From: Vicugna vicugna
Lineage: Eukaryota
DNA: 64,000 nucleotides
NCBI GenBank assembly: GCA_013265495.1
Contig: MU058252.1
Location: 1,336,244-1,400,243, forward strand
Reading direction: 5' to 3'
Positions 1-12,770 of this stretch are shown piece after piece (position 1 is the stretch's first letter; every line of letters starts with the position of its first letter). Under the pieces are notes generated by a model. The model had not been told where the DNA came from and made no database searches. It was given only the letters and a program-made list of their open reading frames with translations. A program made the position numbers and the translations under genes.

Positions 1-669
1 TGCAACTAGGTGCTTACTCCAAACACATGGTACATGTCATTAGGATCCCAAAGATTAGAAAACCGAGGAATTTTTTTTTGCTAGGCTCCACATTAAGAAC
101 AAAATGACACAAATGTCACTAAGATCATCAACTATGTTGTTTCTAATATAAATGTATTACACTGAGGTGTAAAGAGTAAAAGTGATCCAGTATAAAAAGA
201 CTAAGAAATAATTTTAAAACCACCAAATAATCAGTCTCATTTAGGGAGACCTACTGATAAAATCATGGTCAGCAGCGCTGTAATATAAAAAGATCACTAT
301 GACAACATTCTCAAGTTTGGGTAATAAAACATTTTTTAGACGATTTTGTATAACATTACTACATATACAGCTTCTAGGGAATTGCTTTGGTTGTTTTTCA
401 TGATAAGAAACATTCTATAGAGATTTCTGCTGACCTGGCTTTTCCATCTTTTTCTATTTATTAGGGACAGCAGTACAGAATGGAAATCTTTATTGTCCCC
501 CATCCCCAATCCCCATACCATAACTACTACAAGATTTTATGCCATGGCATTTTTTAGAGTGAGTCTGGCACCTCATGACACATGTCTGCCAATAACAAGT
601 CCTATGACGTCAGGCACACACTGGATGATGATGGTAACAGCAGTAACGGTAACAGCGAAGTCTTACAAT

Positions 670-880
670 ACTGCGTCTGAATAGCACTTAGTTTGTGCCA
701 GGCATGTTCTAAATTCTATACATACACAAATTCACAACAATCCTAAATGGGAGGTGCTATTATGCCAATCTGCAGACAAGGCAACCAAGGCAGAAAAAGT
801 GAAGTCACTTACAAAGGTCAAACAGTCATTACATAGCAGAACTCAGATCTGAATTTAGGTAATCTTGGCTCCAGAATCAG
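670..880. mobile_element. MIR SINE fragment
   Basis: cacaacaatcct...tattatgccaatctgcagac...aaggcag...aagtcacttacaaaggtca, a MIR core-like sequence. Confidence 0.6.
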
Positions 881-3800
881 TTATGTTCCCAGACCTTAGT
901 TTTTCTCATTTGTAAAACAAGATTATGGTTTTTAAACTTATTGGCTTTTTAAAAATTGCACAGATGTATATATGAAAGTAGATGTATTATTTATTTTGTA
1001 TCCTTTTAAATCATTTTATATGCACAAAATATATACACAGTTTGGGTCTGTGTGTTTTTTACAAAATAGAGTTAGTACTAAACTTACTGTTTTGCCAATT
1101 CTTGGAAAATTTTTCCTCAGGTCAACAAATGTATCACAGACATCCTCCCACTTTGGTACCCACAGATCTACCTCTCTGTCCTGATAAAAACTACGTGGTT
1201 GTCCACTGGTGGATATTTTGTTCTTGCCAATTTTTCTCTGCTAGTTTTCTACCTTTCTCTACTGCCACGAGCATCACTGCATGTATACACTGGCCTGTAT
1301 GTACTGGGAATATAGTCTGATTTCCTTTCTCATCTTCATGGGCTGTCTTGGTGCCTTTTCCCCCCATCTACTGAAGGTAAATAAGCATCTTGATCCTTTT
1401 CCTATTTTCCACATATTCTCCACATTTACAGTGATTTCAGATTAAGTCAGATTTTTAATTACCTATCCTAATCCAGCTCCTAAATTCTAATCGCACATCC
1501 CCAAAGATTCCCAAGTCTTGTAGATATCTACGCCAGAAACTCAAAATTCCTCCCCTGCATTGACTGAAATCTCTCTTCCTTTCCATCCACACTACCAACA
1601 GTTTACCCTCTGCCTAGATCACCTCACACCAGGACTATGCAATATCCCATTATCTCTGCCTCCAGGTAACTTCCCTCTTCATATTATTACCAGGATGATT
1701 TTCCTAAAATAGCCATTATCAAATCATTAAGTATTCGAGTACCTACATCCAACCATATAAAATGTACACAGGTTACAAAATAATGTAGTAACATTCTTTT
1801 TCTCAGGAAGACTGCAAATATCTACTTTTAAAACTTTAAAAAATAAAACAATCTAGGCATAAAGCAGAGGTTGAAGACCTGCAGTCCACTGGCAGTCCAT
1901 AAATGAAACCTAGCCCACAAGATATAGTTCCAAATAGTGTTTTAGATCTTAATTAATTGAAAATGTTTAACAATCAAGAGATTTCACATAAAAATCCAGG
2001 TTTCCAGACTTTGTTGGAAAACCATAGTACCTAGAAACAACAGCTCATAGACTCACATGGCAACCATTAGCCAGAACTGTCTTACCAGTGTCACCCAAGC
2101 AAGGCATAAAGACTCCTAGGACTCTCCAGGCTGTTTCTACTCACCATTTTCTCCCCCAACTCAAGGTCTTAAGTGTCAGATATCATTCAGGAGCTTACAC
2201 GAAGCATGCACCTCATTTAAATTACCTACTTAGTCTCTGTAAACAGTTCATAATGCCTGGACTATAAACTCAACAGCCTGACATTCAAGGACCATCACAG
2301 GTCGGCCCCACCCCAACAGTAAGCAAGCCCTCTTCTAGTCACACCCCACCAGGAAAACAGCTTTACACTCCCCTCAATCATTGTATTCACTCTGCTACCC
2401 GGCATCCTCTCGCTTTCTTCTCACTCAGTTTGGCTAAATCCTATTGATCCTTCAAGGTCTAATTCATGTACTGCTTCCTCCAAATTTTTGTGGACCCTTC
2501 TTGGCCACAATGAACCTTTTTCCACAGTTGACTATCTATCCCAGCACATATTTAGCACTTCCATGCTCTTTGAATAACGTGTGCCAAATGAAAAAGTTAC
2601 AGAAAAGGATTTCTCAGACTTAAAACAACTTCAGCATTTGTGCATCATACATAGTTATTGCTATCACAAAATTAATAGCAGATGCAAAATCAAACAATTT
2701 TCCTGTCTTTTACATGAGGCTTTTTCTAGGGAAAATGCAAAAAGAGCTGTGTCATTCCTGCTTCTCTTTAACTTGTGTTAAGTCCTTCAAATTCTACAAA
2801 TAGACTGACACTTTCAATTACAAATTCAAGATTAATCCCTCTACTGAATTTTCACAGTAACCACAAGCATACATTTATATGCAGGTTATCACTGAGACAA
2901 GAGACAAGACCATCCCTATTTCAGTTCACAACTTTTGCAACTTATACCACCAAGAAGTTCTGAAAATAGCCACTATAGCATAAGCAAGATAAAGAAAACT
3001 TCAAAATAGAAGAGGAAGGAATTAATCAGCTTCTTGAAATTAAAAGATGGGCTGAAACAATTTTTTTTAAAAAGAGAGGGAGGGAGGGAAACACACACAG
3101 AAACACACACACACAAACTAGAAAGTTTACTCTCTATCAGCTAAAAATTATGTTCAGTCCAAATGTCTCAAAGACTAAGAACTATATCAAATCCTATCAA
3201 GGTACCTCACACCTCCCACCAGGTGAGAGCAGAGAGAGCACCTAAAGTTCTCTAAGACTGAAAATTGACCATTTTCATTTTGGAAAGTCAATGAAGTTTC
3301 AGGGAAGCCCCTTAGTCATAACCGTAAGTGGCTTAAGGACACAAGGTTAGACAATCGCTATCTGCCCAGAGGAAATCTGATTGCGGCCTGGGGAATAACA
3401 TGCAGTTCTGCAAAACGGTGGGAGAGGAGGGGAGGAGAAGGGCAGTGTGTCTCTTCACCCTGAGAACTGACTATTAATCTGGCATGGTAGAATTAACTAA
3501 TAGTAAAATGTACTAAATCACTATTTTCAAAATGGGAAAATAAACTGTCATGATACTTTTAAATTTATATGAAAATCCATGTTTATGAAGTCTACATATT
3601 AATGACCATATTACACCAAATATAAAATTATGTTAGACTAAAAACATCATCTTTTCAAAGACCAGAGATTCTTCCATGAATAAGACCAACAGAGCAACAG
3701 CAAACTACAATGAGGTCAGGTTAAAGAACACTCACCTAACAAGTAAGACAGGCTGCCATTCTAGGATCAGTTTTTCAAATAAATTAGAATATTTCAGTGC

Positions 3801-6800
3801 CTGTTAAGTCCCAGAGACCAGTAATTACTGAAAATTTCCACTTATCTAATTTCTTGAAAAATAAGAAAAAGAATAACTACCATAAAAATTACAAATTTCC
3901 ATCATCTCAAAAAGCACAAACGATAGTGATATTTCTCAACTATGAACTGTTGCCCTATGAAACCGCACATACTATAATTCAATACAGATTTTTTGTATCA
4001 CTTATTTCACAGTTCTGGAAATGGGAAATTTTGGTGGGGGAGGGGCTTTACAAATATAGAACAGCAACAAACAGTCACCTGCAACACAGCCACTTTCTGC
4101 TGATTCCTGCCTGGCATCAATGCTCAAGTTTTCTACAATAGTGATGCTCAAGGTGATTTTCTCCCTTTGAAAAGAAAGTGGTTCAGGCTATAAAGAGTTT
4201 ATTCCAAGAGTCAAGGATACTATCTCAGAAATCCTGTCCCCACCACCTGCTGCTTCCATGACACCCTCACATCTACCCCATCCTTAACATCACACTTGTT
4301 GACTTGGTAAAAAATATGGTAAAATGTAATTCCTTGACTTCCCAACTTAGTAATGTGAATATATAGTCTATGGGGGAAAAAAATAAAATAAAAGCTTCAA
4401 GAAGAGTTTCCTTAACACTAATAGAAAAATAACTGCAACTTCTACACACGCCTCCTCTGCAGCAGGAGCTTCCTCACCGACGGGTGGCCCTGTACGTCTG
4501 TTAAGGTGATAAGCTACTCCGAATAAGCAAATAGACAGTCCTCACTGTCAAAAAGGACTTTCAGACAAATGTAAATTTTACTGTTTCACGCGACATTTCC
4601 CTATTTATATACCTACTTTTCAAACTCTAAGATTAATAGCTTCAGTGCAAAACTCCTGACTTTAGGCAGCACACAGAATTTTAAAGTTATAATAGTTAAT
4701 GTAAAACCAGTAACTATATACTCTTCAAATGTGATAAAACATAAAAATTAGCTAACATTATAAAACAAGAAAATGTTTAACTGATTTACTTAATTATTAA
4801 AAATTCAAAAATTTAAACTCAAAGTAAAACTATTAGTGCGTGGTTACCTTTTTTTAACCCCAAAACAAATACACAAACCTATTTTAAAAAAACAGGCATC
4901 TTCCCTAGCGTAAAACCACCCACTTACTGACCATTCAAATAACACTGACAACAAACACCTTTATCTCCTCTGTATTCCACAAAAATATTAATTTTTGTTT
5001 TTTAGGTAACTATTTGCCATTCCACATAATCTTAATGTTTACAAGCCTAATTTACATGTTACACATCAGTTTCACTTTCAGGGTCTGGGCTACCCAGCTA
5101 ACTACAGGGTCTTCTCTGCATGTATCTAAATACAGTGTAGACACACAATTGAACCCCCTTCTCTTTGCTTTCCATTTCACACGTTAGTTTCCATTTACAT
5201 GTTTCTACACCAGAGACTCCATTCCCTTCGAAAGACACACCTAATTTTAAAGAATTCATTAAAAAGTTTAGAACCATCAAAGTTACCTCTAGACTTAATA
5301 TCCTATAAGGAATGCTGCACCAGTTTTCAAATCTAAAAGAGAAAACACTTTTAAGACTTAGAGTTGTCCTGAACATTTTCCAAATTGTTGATGTTTTTAT
5401 ATTGCTAGATTAGTGTCATTCTGTAAAAATGTTTTAACTTCTCAAAGGGTTTTTTTTCCTTCATTGATAAGAGATAAAAATTAAAATAATAAACCAACCT
5501 TTCTTCTGGTGTACCCAGGAGCTGCACTAATACAAATGAGCTCATTTTAATCTCAGGGGGAATGTGCACACACATATGTAAGTGTAAGTGTGAGGCATGT
5601 AACAACATAGATAAGTCTAAGCTTTCTAGACTAAGAATTTGAAAGCAAATCTAAAACTTGTAATAATTCCAAATTAATGTTCAGGAAAAATAAAAACAAG
5701 AAAAGAGTGAAAATAGGAAGCAATCAAGTAAAAACCCTACTATGGCTTGGTAAGTGTTGCTAAAGAATACAAAAAAAGTGGCAAAGAAGTTTAAAGTTAC
5801 TTAAAACTGCACCTTCCTTCGCCAGATTTCAGTTAATACAGGAATAACAATGGCATTTTATACCAGACGTTACAACGCAAGTGGCAATAATAAACCCTAA
5901 CTTGGTATCACAAAGCAGCTAATGTAATAATGTATGCATCCTGTACTAGTTTCCCTCACGATTTGTCATAGCTGGGTAAGAGCTGGCAATAAAATATGGA
6001 GGCAAGTTGAAGGCCCTGAATCATTTTCATAGTAAAAGGAGAGCAAAGCAAACAAGAGTACATCCAGTCAAGGGCTTCATGGGTTTCCCACACCCTGTTC
6101 CGCTCTGCCTGAGTTACCATCACTATTTTTACTATGTATCACCAAACGTAACAATGCTATTACTAAATGGATGCACCTCAACAGAAAAAAAAAAAAGGCA
6201 GACTATCCATAAATGTGCTAATTTCCTCCGCGGCGCGGTGCCCCCTTCCACGACCGACAGTTCAATGAGCCCATCATAATGAAATGAGTAAGCAATCCAC
6301 GCCATTCTACATACAACTCCGCACAAGACGTTCACAGATCTGAGCTCGTCCCCAGCACCCTCAAGAGCCACAAGCGCTGAGCGACTCGCTGGCACTAAAA
6401 CGGGCTTCTTCATTTACAGGCAAAGTTGTCGCCTGGCCCTTTTGCAAAAAGACATTTCTGCTAATCGAATAACCGGAGGCATACAGTCCGATCTCTGCTC
6501 AAAAGCACACTCCCGACCGGGTAACAGCCCAGAGAGACGACTTCGATGTAAGTTCAGCCACATTTACATCTGCATTCTCTCTGAACAAATGTGCTCTTCG
6601 CCTTCGGCCTGCTGTGGGAATACTGGCTCCGTTTCCAAAACTTGCTGCACGCCGTCCCCGGGAGCTGGGCGATCACCGGGAGCAGCTCCTCGGCGCTGGG
6701 CGGTGCGGGGCTGGGGTTGGGGGAGGGGGAGGAAGAAGTCAAAGGACTTCCTAATATATCATTAAGAGACGAAAGCCCAGGTTTGGGAACCAGAAAAGTT

Positions 6801-7214
6801 AAAGGAGCGGCTGTCTGACAAAGAAAAAAGCCCTAGTTCTGCCCGCTTCCTCCTCACCCGCCCGCCGGGGCCGGGAGACCACCTGGCCGAGGCGTTTTGA
6901 CAGCTCGGCTAGCGTCCCGGAACCGACGGCCCGGGAGCTGACAAGAAATCCGTCCCGGGGCTCCCCAGGTGTGCTTCGGGGCTGTTCCTTACACGGCCCG
7001 GCGAGGCCAAGACGGATCTACGAGAAATTTCTCCAAAAAGAGAAGCCCCAGGAAAACACGGCGCAAGGGCCGAACTAAAAAGTAAAGTGTGGCGGCAGCG
7101 CGACCCGTCGGCGCCCGACTGGGCGGAGTGTGGTGCGGGGCGGCCGCGGGAGGCCGGGCGCCGGGCGGGCAGGGGAGCGGGGCGCGGGGCGGCCGAGCGC
7201 CCGGGGCCGGAGCC

Positions 7215-7303
7215 NNNNNNNNNNNNNNNNNNNNNNNNNNNNNNNNNNNNNNNNNNNNNNNNNNNNNNNNNNNNNNNNNNNNNNNNNNNNNNNNNNNNNN
7301 NNN
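7215..7303. other. Assembly gap (89 N) inside the GC-rich island
   Basis: Run of N. Confidence 1.
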
Positions 7304-7421
7304 CCCCACCCCGCGGGGGCGGCCGGGGGCGCGCGGGGGCGGCGGGGCCGGGCGCGCCGGTGACAGCTCCGGGCCGGCGCCGAGGCTGGCTCCCGGCCTG
7401 GCTCCCTCACACTCAACTTAC

Positions 7422-7582
7422 TTCTTTCTGGCTCTCTGGAAAGGGGAAGCGCCATCTTTGCGAGGCCGGCCCCGAGGTCTTTTGTCTGCGGCTGCGGGGC
7501 TCGGGGCCGGGGCTCCGGGCTCCTCGGGGGGTGGTGGCGGCGGCTGCGGCTGCTCCGCGCTCTTGTCCTCCTCCGACGACAT
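7422..7582 (-). CDS. KMT2C: Histone-lysine N-methyltransferase 2C (MLL3), coding exon 1 (161 nt, phase-2 donor); the gene continues beyond the left edge of the window
   Basis: ATG at 7582 gives MSSEEDKSAEQPQPPPPPPEEPGAPAPSPAAADKRPRGRPRKDGASPFQRARK, the recognisable KMT2C N-terminus with the AT-hook RPRGRPRK. It is followed by a canonical donor AA|GTAAGT (7421-7416). Confidence 0.96.
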
Positions 7583-7816
7583 CCTAGTCACCAGGAAAGA
7601 CACATGGATCCCGGTCCTCCTCCTGGGGGGCTCCTCCCGCCGCCGCCGCCGCCGCCGCGGCCGCCGCCGCCGCCGCTGCTGCTCGGGTTCCTCCTCCCCG
7701 GCTCAGCCTCTCGCATTTCCCGCAGCCCCGGGAGCAGCAGCAGGTACCGGGAGAGGCGGCAACATGGAGCGAGCAAGACACGCACTCACACACATACGCG
7801 CGGGCGCGCGCACCTC
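7583..7816 (-). other. KMT2C: KMT2C 5' UTR (5' end approximate) with upstream ATGs at 7795, 7765, 7716 and 7605 and a (GGC)n tract
   Basis: GC-rich leader directly 5' of the ATG. The uATGs are read directly from the sequence. The TSS position is inferred from recalled similarity to the human mRNA 5' end. Confidence 0.7.
7637..7682 (-). repeat. Interrupted (GGC)n/(CCG)n trinucleotide repeat in the KMT2C 5' UTR, adjacent to (AGC)3
   Basis: Plus strand reads ccgccgccgccgccgccgccgcggccgccgccgccgccgctgctgc. Confidence 0.9.
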
Positions 7817-8080
7817 GGCGCGCAGGGGCCGGGCGGGGGGCGGCGGGCGGAAGAGGAGAAGGAAGTTTTGCGGGTGTGCGTGTAGCACACTCAGACACAC
7901 ACACACGACCGTGGTCGTCGCGCGAGGGCGGCGCCGGGTCTCCCCCGGGCGCCCCGCACCACAGACCTCTCAAACTCGCCGCCGTCTCTCCCACACACGG
8001 CCGCCGCGACGCCCCCGCCCCCACTCCGCCGGCCCCACCGCCCCCCGCGCGCCGCCGCTGCCACTCACGGGGCTTGCTCC

Positions 8081-8090
8081 GCGCATGCGC
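8081..8090. promoter_or_regulatory. NRF1-type palindromic site
   Basis: Exact GCGCATGCGC about 270 bp upstream of the inferred KMT2C TSS. Confidence 0.65.
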
Positions 8091-11000
8091 CGTCCGCGGA
8101 CGCGCCGCCGCCGCCGCTGACCTCACCGCCCCTCCCCCGCCCCCGCTCCCTCCTCCTCTGACGCGGCGGCGGGGCTGCGCCGCGACTCCGGCTCCGGCTC
8201 GGGCTTGGGCTCCTGCTCTGGAGAGCGCCAAGCTGCGGTCAGGGAGTCCGGGATCGGGGTCCGGGGACTCCGCGGAGGGAGAGCGAGGAAGAGGAGGGCC
8301 GCGTCCGCGCTCCGCAGGCGCTGGGTCCCCCCGGACGAGCGGGCGGGTGTGGAGCGCGTCCCGCCCCCGCGCGCGCCCGGCCGGGTTCCCCCCGCGCACA
8401 CCCCTCGCGGGCGCGCAGACCCGGCCCGGAGGGACTTGGCCGGGCGCACGTTCAGCCTTCTTTCGTTTTAATGCGCGTCTGCGGAGAAAAAGAAATGGAG
8501 TGCAACTTCGTTCTCATCCAATTCCAGTGATAGTTTTGTTATTACAACGTAATTTTTTAAATGATCCAGAAAGGGTTTTTTTAACTGTCAAGACAAAAAG
8601 AACGATGACATTTTGAAGAAAAAAATGCTGAAAGACATAATAAACCAATAAAAACCCAACAACTTGGTTTTAACGTTGTGTATTGCCGTGGAGACAAAAA
8701 TCGAAGTACTTGTAAGCCACCTCCTACAATACATAAAACCGGTTTTAAAAAAAAAATGGGCTAGAATCAGAAATCTGAAATATGCACTTTATCAGGAAGG
8801 AGAGTTCCAAACGTGGAATTGTGGATTTCTTATTCTAACACTGATGGACACTTGGACAATGTGCTCTCTGCTTTCCTTTCCATTCACTATGGGAGTGAAA
8901 AAATTACAGCTTTGAATTGGGAGAAAATACTAAGACCTCTCAGCCAGTTGCAAAAGGATTGAGTTAAACTCATTTTATAGACATACACTCTAGGCCGAAC
9001 ATCCTAGGACTTTCTGATTCTTTCAGTCTTCACAGCCTGGTTTCAGTATAAGGTAAAAATAACATTCTGCTTTCTCCTGCTATGATGTTTGCCTGCCCTT
9101 CCTCCCAGTAGCCAGAATAAAAATCTCGAGTCCTGTTTCTTATTTGGGCGAATATACAGTTTGATTTCTAGAGCCCATTCTGACTAAAAGCATAGTGCTC
9201 TGAAATGGCTGAAATCAGGACTACAATAAGACAGTCATTTGAATTCCTTCAGGGCTTAATTCCTGCTGGCTTTTTCAAGTTTACTAAACTTAAACTTTGA
9301 GATTGGGGAGAATCTGGCTTGGTTAAGGCAAATTATAAAAGTGTCTAACTGTTGTACACAGAAATACAACCTATACATGGCTAATAAATTTATGAAGTGG
9401 TACATTTAAACTTTATTACTCATCCTTTCTTTTTCATTTTTTCTTGCACATTACACTAAATAAGGTAGACTTTCAAAAATTGGAGTATTGAAAAAAATTG
9501 GATTATTGACCCAAATATTTATCTGTTGGATACTGAAATTAGAGTAGTCATTTCCAACTGTGTGTTTCATATGCACAAGATTCCACATCCATACAATTTA
9601 CTTCAGTATGTCAGCACCTTAAACACAGAATTTAAGGATCAGCATGTGCAAAATTCAAGTCACTCCTGATAAAGACAAGTTTTAAAAGGAAACAACTAGG
9701 GACTGAGAACAGAAAAGTGGGTAGAATAAGTGGAAGGGCAGAAATCGAGCTTTGTGAAGTGGTGCTTCTGGAATGATAAAAGATGATGAAGGTCCATTGG
9801 CTGCTATGAGCAGACAAGTAGTTGGCAGCTGTTTTAAAAGACTGACCAGGAGGCTCCTCAGCATGTAGTTATTGTGGGCAGAGCAAACAAAATATAACCC
9901 AGGATGCAGAGCAAGTATTCAAGGAATACTTATTCACCATAAATAAAGGTCTTCCAAAGGCTTTTCCATCTCCATCACCCAAATTACACAGCTCTGAGAC
10001 CACGATGGCAAAAATCCAGTAGTCAGGTAGCTGAGATTCCTCGAAATTATAAAATCAGAAAGACGTGAGCATTTAGTAGGTAGGACCAAAATTTAAAAAA
10101 TTAGAACAACTACTTTCTAATAAGTACACACTTCAAACAAGTATTTTTAAAATGTAGTAGATATGCACCCAAGTATTAACAGCAATCATCTCTGAAGGGT
10201 TGGATTACAAGGGACTTTCACTTTCTATATTACATTTTTCTATAATATATCAATCTTTCAGAGCATATTTAGTATAGTCATAAATATATATTAAAAGTTT
10301 AAAATGTGGGTAAGGGAATGAGGGATATTATCTGCAAAAAAAGAAAAAGCAACATCTCATGAAACTGTAAGCAAAAGGGATTCTCAGAGTCTAGCATACA
10401 AGTGACTGAATAGAAGTCCATGGTACAGCACCCATTCTTACTAAACAAAGGCCTATCAAATGTCACTGATGCAGTCTTTCTTTAGCAGTCTTTATCACTT
10501 TGTTTTAGTGAATGTAAAAATATTTATAAGGCTTTCCCATAGGTTCACAGCTAAATGTTGTCCTTCTCTTTTTGTTTTCCCATGAAGTCTTAAATTCCTC
10601 AGTGTTTTTAAAGAACCAAAGTTTTACAGCTGTGTAAAGACCACTGAAAACTTAAATTCTAGATCTTATACATTTTGTGTCCATATTTTTACCATTAAAT
10701 TTGCAAGATTAAAAGTTGCAGTCACAGGCTATCATTTTGGTCCTTTATTTTTTCAGTAGGTTAAAAATGTTTTTAAGAGAATTTCAGTCACTTAAAATTA
10801 GTTCACATTTAGTCTATAGTGCATTTTTAGCTTTAAAAATCATATTGCTTTATGTAAGTTATTTCAGTAATGTATACTATATACCTGTATGATAGAAAAA
10901 TTAAAGGCAGAAACTGAGAATGAAATAAACAGAATGATCACCTTCAAAAATATGAAGCAAAAGTTGCTGATCTGCAGCACACTTTATATAGATATGAATC

Positions 11001-11218
11001 TTGCCCTCTAGGGGTCTATACTTTAAGCCTGGCACTACTTAACAAGATAAACACAGAAAGGGCAAGCAGGCAACTGAAAAATAAACACGGGAAAAAGTAC
11101 AAATAGAAAGATTAAATATTTACATCTGCTGTGTACTAGACCATAGTATTAAAAGAAAGGCATCTGGGGATTTGTGGGGGAGGGCAGGGATGGGAGAAGT
11201 CAGCAGACAGCCCTATCT

Positions 11219-11322
<104 letters not shown>

Positions 11323-11359
11323 TCTTAGGTGCCTTCCTTTATCAATATACAAGACCACT

Positions 11360-11830
11360 GTATTATCCTACAACTGTGGCAAAAAGCTACCATCAATTAG
11401 GCAGCTTAAAACAGAAATGTTCCCTCACGTTTCTGGCGGCTAGAAGTTCAAAGCCAAAGTGTGGGCAGGGCTGGTTCTTCGGGGTGGGCTCTGACAGAGG
11501 ATCTGTCCCAGGCCTCTCTCAGCTTTGGGTGGTTGCCTACAATCCTTGGCATTCCTTAGCTCTTAGGTGCATCCCTCTGATCTGCCTCCATCGTCACTTG
11601 GCCATCTTTCCTGTGTTTCTGTGTCCTCACATGGTGTTCCCTGTGTATATGTGTGTCTCTGTGTGTGTTCTCTTCTTGTGAGAACACCAGTAATGTTGGA
11701 TTAATGGTCTTCCCTACTCCAGTATGACCTCATCTTAGTTACACCCATAACAATCCTCTTTCCAAATAAGGTCACATTCTGCGGTTCCCGGAAGGATGTC
11801 AATGTTGGGGGGCAATATTCAACCCAATAT
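11360..11830. mobile_element. MaLR (MLT1-type) solo LTR
   Basis: Typical MLT1 phrases: cttaaaacagaaatg...ctagaagttcaa, ccagtatgacctcatctta, ttccaaataaggtcacattctg. Confidence 0.75.
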
Positions 11831-12279
11831 AAGTACCAAACCACCTAGATTGATGCCCACCCTTCTTAGCAGGTCAAAATGGAGGTTGTTAGAAAAATTT
11901 ATATAATGAGCTAACTGCATGCAAACTCTTCTTGGCACACACAAAAAAACCCCACAAAAAACAAAAAAGTTTACGTTTATTTTATATCTAATCAATTGAT
12001 CTGAAGAATAAATAAAATCAAAGTGAACTTAACAATGAAAACGTCCACGTGGTAAAAAGTAAGACAGAGATTTAGTAGTTTCTTGGTTAGTTTAATCTGT
12101 GTAGAGGTGCATCCAAAAATTTCAGTCCAAAATTTATTGTTTGGGGCATTTTATGAACTGACTGCCTTTTAGGATCCAAGACAATGATTACATCCTCACC
12201 TTCCCCTGTGCCTGTAGTCAAACAGGTGAGGATTTCACAACAGAAAATGTACTTTTACAATGAATGGAACTACCAGTCC

Positions 12280-12770
12280 CATTCAATACCCTTCAGGCTG
12301 AAGTCGAAATTTCTTGGTGTGGCTCACCAGATCCTGGAGAGTCCTTGCCACCCTCCAGCCAAAGTGTTCCTCTCCCTCCCTCCCCTTCCTTTCCTCCATG
12401 CCATGAGCCCCAGTCTTCAGGACTATTTTTGCTGGGCTACAAACCTTAGCAGTCTCTCCCAACCCCCCATCCCTTTTCACTTGGCCAGTTCCGACATTTG
12501 CCAAGCTCTTCAGCTCTCACTTTAGACTTCACCTCCCCATGACCACCGTTTTCCCCAGGATGAAGGTTTTGTGTCCCTCAGATGCTTCTACAACCATGGT
12601 GCTTTCCCCATCCCAGCTCTCGTGGCCTGTCATGAATTGCACAATGAGCTGTCTGTATCCCACCCTAAGCCCAGGGGAGAAGCTGTCTGCCATGTTCACC
12701 TTCTATCCCATATCACTCAGCTGCAGCTCAATAAACAGTTCTAGAATAAGTGAAATAAATGGGAAAATGT
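12280..12770. mobile_element. L2 LINE fragment
   Basis: L2 3'-end-like sequence (cagctcaataaac...tgaaataaatg); old and diverged. Confidence 0.45.

Larger units (their letters stand above)
1..7421 (-). other. KMT2C: KMT2C intron 1 (part)
   Basis: Lies downstream of the GTAAGT donor. AT-rich, with old MIR/L2/hAT fragments and no recognisable further KMT2C exon. Confidence 0.85.
6200..8490. promoter_or_regulatory. KMT2C CpG island / promoter (core about 6840-8490)
   Basis: Very high GC and CpG density around exon 1, with GC boxes, an ETS-type GGCGGAAG (~7846-7853) and the NRF1 palindrome GCGCATGCGC (8081-8090). Confidence 0.9.

Noticed and set aside
6989..8616. Many long ORFs (up to 343 aa) on both strands around KMT2C exon 1
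   Set aside because: Pro/Arg/Gly/Ala low-complexity products expected from stop-poor GC-rich DNA; several span the N gap.
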